A DNA stretch of 37,487 bases from a virus (Duplodnaviria; Caudoviricetes): positions 1 through 37,487 of the IMG/VR virus record IMGVR_UViG_3300038315_000952. One strand, written 5' to 3'. The stretch's first letter is position 1, and each line of letters opens with the position of its first letter. The translations under genes and the position numbers were made by a program. Positions 1 to 8,404 of this stretch are shown piece after piece. A model generated the notes under the pieces. It was not told the origin of the DNA. It was given only the letters and a program-made list of their open reading frames with translations, and made no database searches.

Positions 1-77
1 GTCCAACTATGGTTGCTGTAACCGAAGTCCTTTTCTGTAGTCGCTCGATAAAACAAGCCACTGCAAGCGGCACTCGG
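1..77. repeat. Terminal direct repeat identical to 37411-37487 (circular assembly overlap)
   Basis: The first 77 nt match the last 77 nt exactly and the TerL frame reads continuously across the join. 77 is a common assembler k-mer size. Confidence 0.95.
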
Positions 78-677
78 AGTCCCAATCATAGCCAACGTAC
101 CATTGTGGTCCACTAAAGCCGGTTCAAGTACCTCTTCAACCAAGGCATCCATATGCGGGCCAAAGCTGGCCGCTTCGTCAAGTACAACCAAACGGTAAGT
201 GGAACCCCGTAGTTTATCAATATCTGCCTCATCGTTTGCCCCCGTCAGAATAATCTGCGCCCCATTAGTAAACGTAGCCACCAACTCCGAGTTGTTGAAC
301 TTAATACCAAGCATATACTTCCGGTTTGCTCGCTTCATCTCCTGCCACATCAGCCGCTTCGCACTACGGCGGGATAAACCAATGTAGGCTGACAAACTAT
401 CGGGATGCTGGGTGGCTATCTCAATCAGGTAATAACAACAAGCATAAGTCTTGCCCGAACGACGAGAACACAAAGCAGTCTTGAAATGCGATGGGTCATC
501 AATAAAATCCCGCTGAAATTGGAATAAATCCTCCTTCCAACGATAAGTCCGTTCGGGCAAAGACTCATCATCCACCTTGGGGGTATCACCAAAGCGTTTG
601 ATGTATTCGCGGATTACCGCCCTGCTGTCATACTCCTTTTTGGCGTTGTTTTTCTTCTTCTTCTTCATCCTGGCCAT
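1..677 (-). CDS. terL: Terminase large subunit, N-terminal ATPase part (continues at 37410 down to 36612; about 491 aa in total)
   Basis: Manual translation from ATG 677 (or 668) gives Walker A-like CSRRSGKT, Walker B LVVLDEA and motif III IGTP. The frame joins ORF 36612..37466. Missed by the ORF track because it crosses the end. Confidence 0.92.
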   Translation of the reverse strand, partial: MARMKKKKKNNAKKEYDSRAVIREYIKRFGDTPKVDDESLPERTYRWKEDLFQFQRDFIDDPSHFKTALCSRRSGKTYACCYYLIEIATQHPDSLSAYIGLSRRSAKRLMWQEMKRANRKYMLGIKFNNSELVATFTNGAQIILTGANDEADIDKLRGSTYRLVVLDEAASFGPHMDALVEEVLEPALVDHNGTLAMIGTPSAACSGLFYRATTEKDFGYSNHSW

Positions 678-987
678 CCCAATAATCTAGGATCATCAGT
701 CTCCTTTCTTTGGCTAAATCGTGGTAGACCTCCGCCACATTTGGGATTTCGGCCCACTTAGTGAGTTCTTTGAGGGAATACGGGACCGTAAAACAACTGG
801 GACAGCTACTCCCTTCTGGAAAATTCTCAACGTTAATGACGGTATAATCTAGCCCCGGAATTATCCTTCTTTGGCGGCTTTGCCAGTCCACCGGCGCACA
901 ATAAATAACCTTATCCATATTAATAACGTTAATTTCGGCATCGCAATCGCCGCTAAAATCGCAAACGACCAACTCTAAAAGCGCCAT
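628..987 (-). CDS. Hypothetical protein
   Basis: Co-oriented ORF packed between its neighbours; likely start ATG 987; overlaps the terL start region. Confidence 0.6.
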   Translation of the reverse strand: MALLELVVCDFSGDCDAEINVINMDKVIYCAPVDWQSRQRRIIPGLDYTVINVENFPEGSSCPSCFTVPYSLKELTKWAEIPNVAEVYHDLAKERRLMILDYWDGQDEEEEEKQRQKGV

Positions 988-988
988 A

Positions 989-1291
989 TCAATTACTTGC
1001 CGATTGAAGGGTGGCCTTTTCAATTACAGGGGTCTTGCGAGGACGCCCGCGACCACGCTTGACCGGAGGCTTCTGCCCCAAAGTATATCCAGCCGATACA
1101 GGGTCAGGCTGAAACCACGAGATTGAAGTCAAAGGAATGATATAGGCCCCAAAAGTAGGGTGAACGACCTCTATATTCTCCCCATTCAAAACCATCTCAA
1201 ACTTCTCATGCTGCTTTAAGCTTGTGTTTATATAAGTGTTGTTAAGCAATGGCTTCACATTAGCGTTCAACTGTAGCATCATTACGCGCAT
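989..1291 (-). CDS. Hypothetical protein with C-terminal AT-hook
   Basis: KRGRGRPRK AT-hook motif; ATG 1291 preceded by GGAGA. Confidence 0.65.
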   Translation of the reverse strand: MRVMMLQLNANVKPLLNNTYINTSLKQHEKFEMVLNGENIEVVHPTFGAYIIPLTSISWFQPDPVSAGYTLGQKPPVKRGRGRPRKTPVIEKATLQSASN

Positions 1292-1838
1292 TATAAATCT
1301 TCTCCATGTGTGAAATCCCACCAGCCTGCTGGAGGTGGGGGATGTATAAGAAATTATACCTATCCTTCAAATCCTTACAAATATAGCTCTTATGAGAAAT
1401 AACCAACGGTTCCCCAGGGCAATAATCAAATGCAGCCAATAATGAGCGAGCTAACCCAAAACGGCGAAAAGGAGCCTTCATATAACAATAATGCACTACC
1501 AGGAACTTCGGGGTCCGCTGGGCACATAACCAACCAAGAACTTGGTCAGGGTCGTCATCCATACAAGCGACCAAAGTAATCCCGCTCTCCAATAATCGGG
1601 TCACTACCTCACGGTGCATCTCATAAAGCGCTATCTTAGGCTGGTCCTTATTCTGAGCCGCATAACTCTTTAACCAACTAGAATAAATAAAAGACGCATC
1701 GCCCTCATCTGCCTGACGAATACGAACAGGCAACTTCTTAGAATCACGAATAGGATTAAACTTAGGACCTGACTCAGTAACACCTTCACCCAACTTACCC
1801 ATCAAATGAGACTCAGCCTCTTTGTGTAAACGGTTCAT
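1260..1838 (-). CDS. GNAT-fold acetyltransferase-like protein
   Basis: IRQADEGD start typical of GNATs; acetyl-CoA-binding-like motif YMKAPFRRFGLARSLL. Confidence 0.7.
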   Translation of the reverse strand: MNRLHKEAESHLMGKLGEGVTESGPKFNPIRDSKKLPVRIRQADEGDASFIYSSWLKSYAAQNKDQPKIALYEMHREVVTRLLESGITLVACMDDDPDQVLGWLCAQRTPKFLVVHYCYMKAPFRRFGLARSLLAAFDYCPGEPLVISHKSYICKDLKDRYNFLYIPHLQQAGGISHMEKIYNARNDATVER

Positions 1839-2791
1839 TCCTCCTCCGGTCCCATGTCACACAGACCCCACATTCCACACCCCCGCTCTTCTTTGGATGG
1901 TAGGAATAACTCGTATTGCTTCCCTCCATGTTTTGTATAGGACCACTTAACGACATCATCAATTGGCCACATTGACCCGTCGCCTTCCCTAGACTGAAAA
2001 AAAGTTGGCGGAGAGTACCCCAGGCTCTCGAATGTCTCCCCTTTTGCCGCATATCGCTCCCGCGCCTTATCAGCTACCAGAGTTTCAAGGGCTTGAATCT
2101 GTTGAATTCTTGCCGGGTCTGTTTTTGCGACTGCGCGGATTTCCTCTTTGCGGCTCATAATGCACGGCCAGCATCCAACACGGCTTGCGGGCAACTCATC
2201 GCGTAAGTATAGCGGGCAAGGTCGGACCTGATTTTTCGTATGGATATCCACAACATCCTGCACAACCCATGTAATCAAGGGCCGCCAAGTGTCACAAAGG
2301 GTTGCCGCTCTAGGCCCGCGCTCTAATTTCGTACCCGGCTCAAACTCCAGCATCGTAGACCGGGCCTTAGACTCAGCCGCCCGAATACCTACCGCATTAA
2401 TCGGCTTCTCGAGGTCAGGGTATTGCTCCCGAATTTCCCTTACAAAGTCCCGAATCGGGAAGATTTTTAATTCCTGTGTGCAGAGCCTAATTTTTCGGCT
2501 CGGGAACATCCCGCGCTTTTCAACGAGTTCCGGCATTCCTCCGGGGTATTTTTTCGATTTAACGGTGTGAAGCTTTCCATCAAAAACCCGCTCATTCAGA
2601 TAGTCGTAAATATAGGTGTATAATTCAGCGTGTTCCCACCCGGTGTCGGCAAAAACGAAAAATAGCGGGTTGGTTTCATGTAACCCCTGCTCTTTTAGCC
2701 AGAGCGCCATTGCCGTGCTGTCTTTACCGCCCGATACAGAGCAGACAATAGGACGGCCCGAATCCCGAATCTCATTTAGCATTGTGTTCAT
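1835..2791 (-). CDS. Phosphoadenosine phosphosulfate (PAPS) reductase family protein (PP-loop, probable Fe-S)
   Basis: SVSGGKDS PP-loop, FADTGWE, CTQELK, GIRAAES and RVGCWPC motifs. Confidence 0.9.
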   Translation of the reverse strand: MNTMLNEIRDSGRPIVCSVSGGKDSTAMALWLKEQGLHETNPLFFVFADTGWEHAELYTYIYDYLNERVFDGKLHTVKSKKYPGGMPELVEKRGMFPSRKIRLCTQELKIFPIRDFVREIREQYPDLEKPINAVGIRAAESKARSTMLEFEPGTKLERGPRAATLCDTWRPLITWVVQDVVDIHTKNQVRPCPLYLRDELPASRVGCWPCIMSRKEEIRAVAKTDPARIQQIQALETLVADKARERYAAKGETFESLGYSPPTFFQSREGDGSMWPIDDVVKWSYTKHGGKQYELFLPSKEERGCGMWGLCDMGPEEE

Positions 2792-3240
2792 TCCTCCCCC
2801 TCCTTCAACTTACCGCCTATCCGCTTAAAAGCACGGTCCGCCAACTCCTGTAACTTATCATCCGCCATATACTCCAACTCATTCTGCTCCTTAATCCCCA
2901 TCTCCAACTGAGCCAACTGACACAAAGAACGAGTGAGTGTGCCCAAATGACGAGATTGGAAATTATCTAAGCCACTACCATTGGAAGAACGGAGCAAACG
3001 ACGCACCTCACCATCAATAACAGAGTAAGTGTTCGTCATAATGCTGTGGAGAGAAGGGAGATAAGTAATGTCTACAGCAGAACTAATGTTACGATTGACC
3101 TCAACTGTAGAACCCTCAACCTCTATCAACTCGTCAGCCTCTGCCAATACCTCGCGCCGAACAAGTTTAGACGGCCTCTTGGTTAAAGCCTCATCGTATT
3201 TTACCGCCAACTTCTTGGCATCGAATATTTTCTTGGCCAT
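2788..3240 (-). CDS. Hypothetical protein, possible terminase small subunit
   Basis: Helical ~150 aa protein at the head of the operon leading to terL; C-terminal MADDKLQELA resembles TerS tails. Start ATG 3240 follows GGGGGG. Function is a weak inference. Confidence 0.45.
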   Translation of the reverse strand: MAKKIFDAKKLAVKYDEALTKRPSKLVRREVLAEADELIEVEGSTVEVNRNISSAVDITYLPSLHSIMTNTYSVIDGEVRRLLRSSNGSGLDNFQSRHLGTLTRSLCQLAQLEMGIKEQNELEYMADDKLQELADRAFKRIGGKLKEGEE

Positions 3241-3413
3241 TAGGCCCCCCTTGTAAGCGAAAACCAGGATGCTCCTCGGTTGAAAAGAACATCCCGGCTG
3301 GGGAGAATTATAATTACAAGCCAAACGCCAAACAAAACGTATAACTCGCTAAGTTAAAATTACGAGATTATTATAAATACATTATTGAGAGCAGAGCAAA
3401 TAACTCGGAATAT

Positions 3414-4139
3414 TTAAGCGCCCATTACCAGAATCTCGGCCTCGGAAGCTCCACCAATACCCCAGATCTGCATCTCATGTTGCTCAGTCTCAAAGAGTGA
3501 CCCCGGAGCCACCGCCGTCGAAGCAAACGTTGTGGATGCTATAGAGAACAATTCGCCGGGAATTATCATTGAGCCACCAGCACCAAGCTTGAACTCGTTA
3601 CGCTGCAACCGCTTAAATGTAACATTGGTATCGCCACCATCCGCTACGAAAGCAGCAAGATAATGTTGGGCGAGGACAATATGGTTAGGGAAATCTTCGT
3701 GATGCTGAGAAACAAGAACTAGCCGATTATTAGCAGCCTCGTCAGCATTCTCCACCAATAGAAAAGTGCCGATATGACAGTTAGCGAAACTACCGTTCCC
3801 TGATTTATCCCTTAACTCGTTACCCAGAATCTCAAAACTACCGGGGCCAATGGTCTCCAGCAATGTCCAATACTCAACGCCAATAGGATTCTCGCCCTTA
3901 TTGGTAAGGAGTATCTGGTCTACCGAAGTCATACGAAGGCCACCAATATCAATGCCTTGGAAATCCAAAGAGATACTAGGGGCATTAGAGCCAGGGTTAC
4001 CCTGCGGGATTGCTAGGTAATTGTGGACCCAAGCGGTAGGGGTCCCTGTGATTAAAGCCGTGCCGAATTCTAAACGCTTATCTAAGTAAGCACTGTCGGA
4101 GGCTATGTCTGCGTCCAACCTGATGCGGGAAAAAGCCAT
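3414..4139 (-). CDS. Hypothetical protein (beta-rich, possibly virion-associated)
   Basis: 241-aa ORF; upstream TTGACA-17-GATTCT and GAGGA. Confidence 0.65.
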   Translation of the reverse strand: MAFSRIRLDADIASDSAYLDKRLEFGTALITGTPTAWVHNYLAIPQGNPGSNAPSISLDFQGIDIGGLRMTSVDQILLTNKGENPIGVEYWTLLETIGPGSFEILGNELRDKSGNGSFANCHIGTFLLVENADEAANNRLVLVSQHHEDFPNHIVLAQHYLAAFVADGGDTNVTFKRLQRNEFKLGAGGSMIIPGELFSIASTTFASTAVAPGSLFETEQHEMQIWGIGGASEAEILVMGA

Positions 4140-4263
4140 GGGAAAAGAATCCTCGATTCAATAGAGTATGTCAACAACGCAGTGCGTTATGAGTGAATTG
4201 GGGGGAATGGTGTTGGTGGTGATTAATATTAAACCGAAGGCGGGCATCGGGGGGGTGGGGGGG

Positions 4264-4559
4264 TGAACAAGTGTCCAGTGAACAGGCGTTCAGTACTGCG
4301 CAAGTGTCCAGTGAACAAGTGTGTAGTACTGCACAAGTGTACAGGGTGAACAGGTGTTCAGGGTGAACAAGTGTACAGTGTGAACATTTGTACAGTGAAC
4401 AGGCGTGCAGGGTGAACATTTGTACAGTGAACAAGTGTACAGTGAACGGGTTTTCAGTACTGAACGTCTGTACAGTGAACAAGTTTTCAGTATGAACAAG
4501 TGTTCAGTGTTTGGGCAATGTTTCACGTGAAACACAATTTAGTACTGCACAAGTGTTCA
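4264..4559. repeat. Array of 16 degenerate 14-bp palindromes TGAAC-N4-GT(T/A)CA (LexA/SOS-box-like)
   Basis: Units start at 4264, 4279, 4297, 4312, 4330, 4347, 4364, 4381, 4396, 4413, 4428, 4443, 4461, 4476, 4493 and 4546. The first 15 are separated by 1-4 nt spacers that begin with G. Confidence 0.9.
4519..4534. promoter_or_regulatory. parS: parS site (TGTTTCACGTGAAACA)
   Basis: Perfect match to the canonical chromosomal ParB/Spo0J binding palindrome. Confidence 0.8.
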
Positions 4560-4666
4560 GTCACGATCTTTTTGTTGTCTCTAGTGTCGATTTAGGTGCC
4601 GATTTAGTTGCTATTGCGTACAACAACATGCTAAACGTAGCGCTCACAACAACAACGGAGTTACAC

Positions 4667-4840
4667 ATGTTAAGACAAGACAACCCGAAGCAATCCGAAG
4701 CCCTGCTAGATAGGCTAGCCAAAGCGCAAAACCACCCCGAAAACTCGATGGTGGACATTATGACGATAACGGGCTTTATGAAGACTATAGAAGAGCTGAC
4801 GACGCACGTAGAACACTATGAAGAGCAAGCACAAGGCTAA
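4667..4840 (+). CDS. Small hypothetical early protein (57 aa)
   Basis: Leader TCACAACAACAACGGAGTTACAC directly before ATG 4667. Confidence 0.75.
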   Translation: MLRQDNPKQSEALLDRLAKAQNHPENSMVDIMTITGFMKTIEELTTHVEHYEEQAQG

Positions 4841-4849
4841 CCAATAGCT

Positions 4850-4872
4850 AGGGGTCTTCGGACCCCTCTTTT
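4850..4872 (+). terminator. Hairpin with c(UUCG)g tetraloop and short U tract
   Basis: AGGGGTC-TTCG-GACCCCT-CTTTT just after the stop codon. Confidence 0.65.
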
Positions 4873-4896
4873 CACAACAAATCGGGAGTTTACATT

Positions 4897-5142
4897 ATGT
4901 TAGACAAGACTATTTTGAAAGAAGTTTATTTGCTACTCAAAACGCGCGAAATCCACCCCTCGGGTAGGTTTGACAATGGCGGCCGGTGGCATGCAAAACA
5001 CGCGGAGCTGGTATCAGTCCGCACACCGTCGCGCGCGTATCCCTACAGCGAAATGACGCATTGCCGAACACTCAAATATGTCCGAAACGTTGCTGAGCAT
5101 TTTGAAGTCACCAATAAGGCCGAGCTTTTAAAGCTAGTGTAA
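4897..5142 (+). CDS. Small hypothetical early protein
   Basis: Leader TCACAACAAATCGGGAGTTTACATT before ATG; 81 aa. Confidence 0.8.
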   Translation: MLDKTILKEVYLLLKTREIHPSGRFDNGGRWHAKHAELVSVRTPSRAYPYSEMTHCRTLKYVRNVAEHFEVTNKAELLKLV

Positions 5143-5167
5143 AACCCAACCGCTAAACCGACGAATT

Positions 5168-5195
5168 AGGCTCCATTATGGGGCCTCTTTTGTTT
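5168..5195 (+). terminator. Intrinsic terminator
   Basis: AGGCTCCA-TTA-TGGGGCCT followed by CTTTTGTTT. Confidence 0.7.
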
Positions 5196-5621
5196 CTGGG
5201 GTGATGTTTAGGGCTAGTGGGGTTTTAACGGGCTAGTTATTTCTCCCCACCAGCCCCAATTATAAACGTTACGAATAGTCTAAGCACACTTAACCATCTT
5301 TAAGCAAGCTCCCAAGATCGTGGTGTACTTGTGTACATAGTGTACGTCTTTTGAAAACTTTTGAGTTCCTACGATAGGCTACTCTATAGATAAGTTACTT
5401 ATTAGATGCATCTATATACACTAACCCTACTACCTTAGTATTATCAACGGCTTACACGATGCACTTCATAATTGGTACTCTTAAAAAGACCGTTTGAAGT
5501 ACATAAATGGGTCCTAAATGGTCCAAGTACATCCAACCCAAACGAAAACAGGAGCCGTGAAAGGCTCCTATTCTCTAAATCAGCTGTTTTGAAGTACATT
5601 ATCGGCTTAAAAATGTTGTTG

Positions 5622-5855
5622 CTAGTCATTGAAAGAAAGTAGGCGCGCGCGATATCGCCCAAGGCTGATGCCACAATTCCATGATTCGATTTGCTCCGCG
5701 ATATCGTGAGCGAGCGCTTCCGCTTGAGAGTCGGTTAAACCCATTTGAAGCTTGCCACATAACCAGGGGACAATTGTCATATCGTGCTTTGTGGCGATTA
5801 GCCGAGCTTCATAAGGCGATAGGTTGCGAAATATATTCCTCGTTAGTTTATCCAT
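5622..5855 (-). CDS. Small hypothetical early protein
   Basis: Conserved leader TCACAACAAACAAAGGAGC and upstream TTGACT-16-TATACA. Confidence 0.8.
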   Translation of the reverse strand: MDKLTRNIFRNLSPYEARLIATKHDMTIVPWLCGKLQMGLTDSQAEALAHDIAEQIESWNCGISLGRYRARLLSFND

Positions 5856-5978
5856 TGTGTTGCTCCTTTGTTTGTTGTGAACCCCACGTGTATACCATTG
5901 TTGCCATGATAGTCAACAATGCAGTGAAAAGAATCAAACTAATCGGGAAAGAAAGGAAGAAAGGAAAGGAAAGGAGAG

Positions 5979-6410
5979 CTAGTCCATTTGGGCAATTGTC
6001 AATTGCAACTCGTTGCGTTTAACGTACTCTGTCGTTAGTGGTCCTAAGTACTCATGATAACCGACCCACACGATACCGGTTCCAGTTGCGTTAGATTGCA
6101 GCTCGTACCCTTCGCCCAATTTTGGATAGTCGCCAGTTGCCAAAATCGCATCCAACTCGGCTTGGTTTTCGCAGTCGTACGCTTCGGGAACGTCTTCTGG
6201 CTCTATCGGCTCTAGCTGGTCAATCACTGCCTCATAAACTGACTGGTGATCACTACCTTGTCCGATTGCGGTTAATCCACCTAAATCGTGATTCTCGTAG
6301 ACCCAAAGCTCAGGCCAAAAGCTCTCATCGATCAACATGATCTCACGCCCATGACGATTTTTAACAGTGGTTAATTCGGTATCTGACTTGAGGGTTATTT
6401 GATTTTCCAT
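5979..6410 (-). CDS. Hypothetical acidic early protein
   Basis: Start reassigned to ATG 6410 from the leader TCACAACAATTTTTTGGAGTTTACA. Confidence 0.8.
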   Translation of the reverse strand: MENQITLKSDTELTTVKNRHGREIMLIDESFWPELWVYENHDLGGLTAIGQGSDHQSVYEAVIDQLEPIEPEDVPEAYDCENQAELDAILATGDYPKLGEGYELQSNATGTGIVWVGYHEYLGPLTTEYVKRNELQLTIAQMD

Positions 6411-6519
6411 TGTAAACTCCAAAAAATTGTTGTGAGATAAACCACTATAGGATGTTGCTCTGATAGTCAACAACGGGAGCAAACTAAATCGTAAATGGCA
6501 GGAAATGGCAGGAAATGGT

Positions 6520-6984
6520 CTAGCGTTCGCCTAGTCCATTAATCACCACCCCGCCATAGTCAACCCGTTGTTCAATAAGCCAATTCTCATGAGTTGATTC
6601 GGCACAATCTGAGCAAAGCTCCGGATAATCGCCATTACCAGTAGGTTCACAAGAATAGTCATCACGCGCGTGATTAATGCTGATGCAATCATCATCGATA
6701 GCATTAGAACAAACCGCTCGGTAGATACTCAGGCAAACAGTGTCCAAATCCGAAATCGAAACTTGATATTGAAAACCCTCGTCTATGGAAACAATGTATT
6801 CTTTCGTATTCGTCCCAAATCTAACGTTCTCTGTATAGACTGGTGAATGAAGCGATTCATGGCCGAAATCCCATTGTCCCAGATACGCCAAAAGAGAATC
6901 AAAATCGCGCTTTTTGATTTGCGCTTGTTGCTCTTCAGGCAATTCAAAATCGTGACGATAAGCTATAGTGTGTAATTCGAACAT
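6520..6984 (-). CDS. Hypothetical early protein with Cys-rich C-terminus
   Basis: Start reassigned to ATG 6984; promoter TTGTAA-17-TAAGGG plus the conserved leader. Confidence 0.8.
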   Translation of the reverse strand: MFELHTIAYRHDFELPEEQQAQIKKRDFDSLLAYLGQWDFGHESLHSPVYTENVRFGTNTKEYIVSIDEGFQYQVSISDLDTVCLSIYRAVCSNAIDDDCISINHARDDYSCEPTGNGDYPELCSDCAESTHENWLIEQRVDYGGVVINGLGER

Positions 6985-7088
6985 TGTGAAAGCTCCTTTG
7001 TTTGTTGTGAAGCTATCCCTTAAACCACAGCGGCAACAATTACAAGAAAAAACGTCATCGGGAGAGGAAAGGAGAGGAGCGGGAACGA

Positions 7089-7445
7089 TTAACCTAGAAA
7101 CAAATCCCAAAACTTATCGGTGTCGTCTAACTGCTCAAGACGTTCCAAGTCGATTAGGAAAATATCGCCTTCCCTACAGCATACCGAATACCGCCTACCG
7201 CCTACCACGATAGCATCCAATTGCTCGATTTCGTCCCATGCATCGAAGTAGTCCTCATGGTCTGGCCCAGCATCAATTATATCAATTGTATCGCTCGTTA
7301 ATTGGGTCCCGAGTAACTCGCTTAACTGTTGGCGATAATGGAACACAAACGACTGTGCCCCATAAATCCCGGCTTGACTGCTGACGACACAAGACGCAAT
7401 AGAATCCAATAAGATAATCTCATCACACACGCTCGATACTAACAT
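7089..7445 (-). CDS. Hypothetical acidic early protein
   Basis: Start reassigned to ATG 7445; promoter TTGCAA-17-TATGCG plus the conserved leader. Confidence 0.8.
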   Translation of the reverse strand: MLVSSVCDEIILLDSIASCVVSSQAGIYGAQSFVFHYRQQLSELLGTQLTSDTIDIIDAGPDHEDYFDAWDEIEQLDAIVVGGRRYSVCCREGDIFLIDLERLEQLDDTDKFWDLFLG

Positions 7446-7507
7446 TGTAAATCTCCTAAAAAATGTTGTGAAGGCATCGCATAACCCACAGCGGAAACAA
7501 TTGCAAA

Positions 7508-7984
7508 TTAATAGTTCATCGCTTCTGCTGAATAATCGCGGTGACGTTCGTCTTCCGTTTCCCAATCTGGCGTTTTCGGGCAAGCGTAAGCCTCTGGTAA
7601 TCCTTGGTATGGCTGCCAAGCCTGCAAGCGGTTAATTGGACAATAATCGGTTTGGGCACTACTGTATCTACCGTCACAGTCTCTACTAGCAGATGCTAAA
7701 TCACGGCGAACAAACCACCCCCATGCATCGCCAATACAATCATGCTCTAACGTATATTGTTCGCCCCACCAAGCGTACCCCTCTTCATTGGGACCACCTC
7801 CGCACAAATCAACAACGTTCCCCCGAATCCCTTCTTCCGGTACTTCCCCATTGCGTTTCAAATCAAACCGGCTCACATTTGGCCGCAGCTTGATTTTGAC
7901 CCATGAATCATTGTGGGAAATCCAAAATCGGACATTCCTGCGACTGCCACCGATAGGTAAATAATGGGCTAGATGTTTTTGCAT
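7508..7984 (-). CDS. Hypothetical early protein
   Basis: Start reassigned to ATG 7984; promoter TTGCAA-17-TAAGGA plus the conserved leader. Confidence 0.8.
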   Translation of the reverse strand: MQKHLAHYLPIGGSRRNVRFWISHNDSWVKIKLRPNVSRFDLKRNGEVPEEGIRGNVVDLCGGGPNEEGYAWWGEQYTLEHDCIGDAWGWFVRRDLASASRDCDGRYSSAQTDYCPINRLQAWQPYQGLPEAYACPKTPDWETEDERHRDYSAEAMNY

Positions 7985-8054
7985 TGTAAAAGCTCCCTTG
8001 TTTGTTGTGAGACTACTCCTTAAACCACACTGGAAACAATTGCAAGCACCTATT

Positions 8055-8372
8055 TCATTCTTCAACGTCCCATTGTTTCTTGAACACTTTGTTGTATGTG
8101 TCGTTCTGCCCTTTGAGAGCTTCTCTCATCTTTCCAAGTGTAGCAGAAGGAACACCAGGCATGTTCACGCACGAAACAAATGTGCGAGCAAGTTTCACCA
8201 GGCTGTCAACCGATTCTTGTTTGCGTCTTATCGTTTCCTCGTAAACCGCCAATAATTCTTTCTCGGTCACCCTATACGGGCGATTGCATCGGTGACATAT
8301 TCGGGCATCACCCTGTTGTGCTTCTGTCGGCTCGTTGCAATGCACGCATTTGGTCATGATGTGGGTTTGCAT
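8055..8372 (-). CDS. Hypothetical protein, N-terminal Zn ribbon plus helical region
   Basis: CVHC...CHRC motifs; leader CACAACAAACAAAGGAGC. Confidence 0.8.
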   Translation of the reverse strand: MQTHIMTKCVHCNEPTEAQQGDARICHRCNRPYRVTEKELLAVYEETIRRKQESVDSLVKLARTFVSCVNMPGVPSATLGKMREALKGQNDTYNKVFKKQWDVEE

Positions 8373-8404
8373 TCGAAAGGCTCCTTTGTTTGTTGTGTTC
8401 GCTC

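Noticed and set aside
4171-4535. ORFs 4171..4482 and 4290..4535, and the 4511 start
   Set aside because: These are repetitive translations of the palindrome array with no RBS; the real start is 4667.
4264-4559. CRISPR array
   Set aside because: Units are 14 bp, degenerate and mostly separated by only 1-4 nt. There are no unique spacers and no cas genes.
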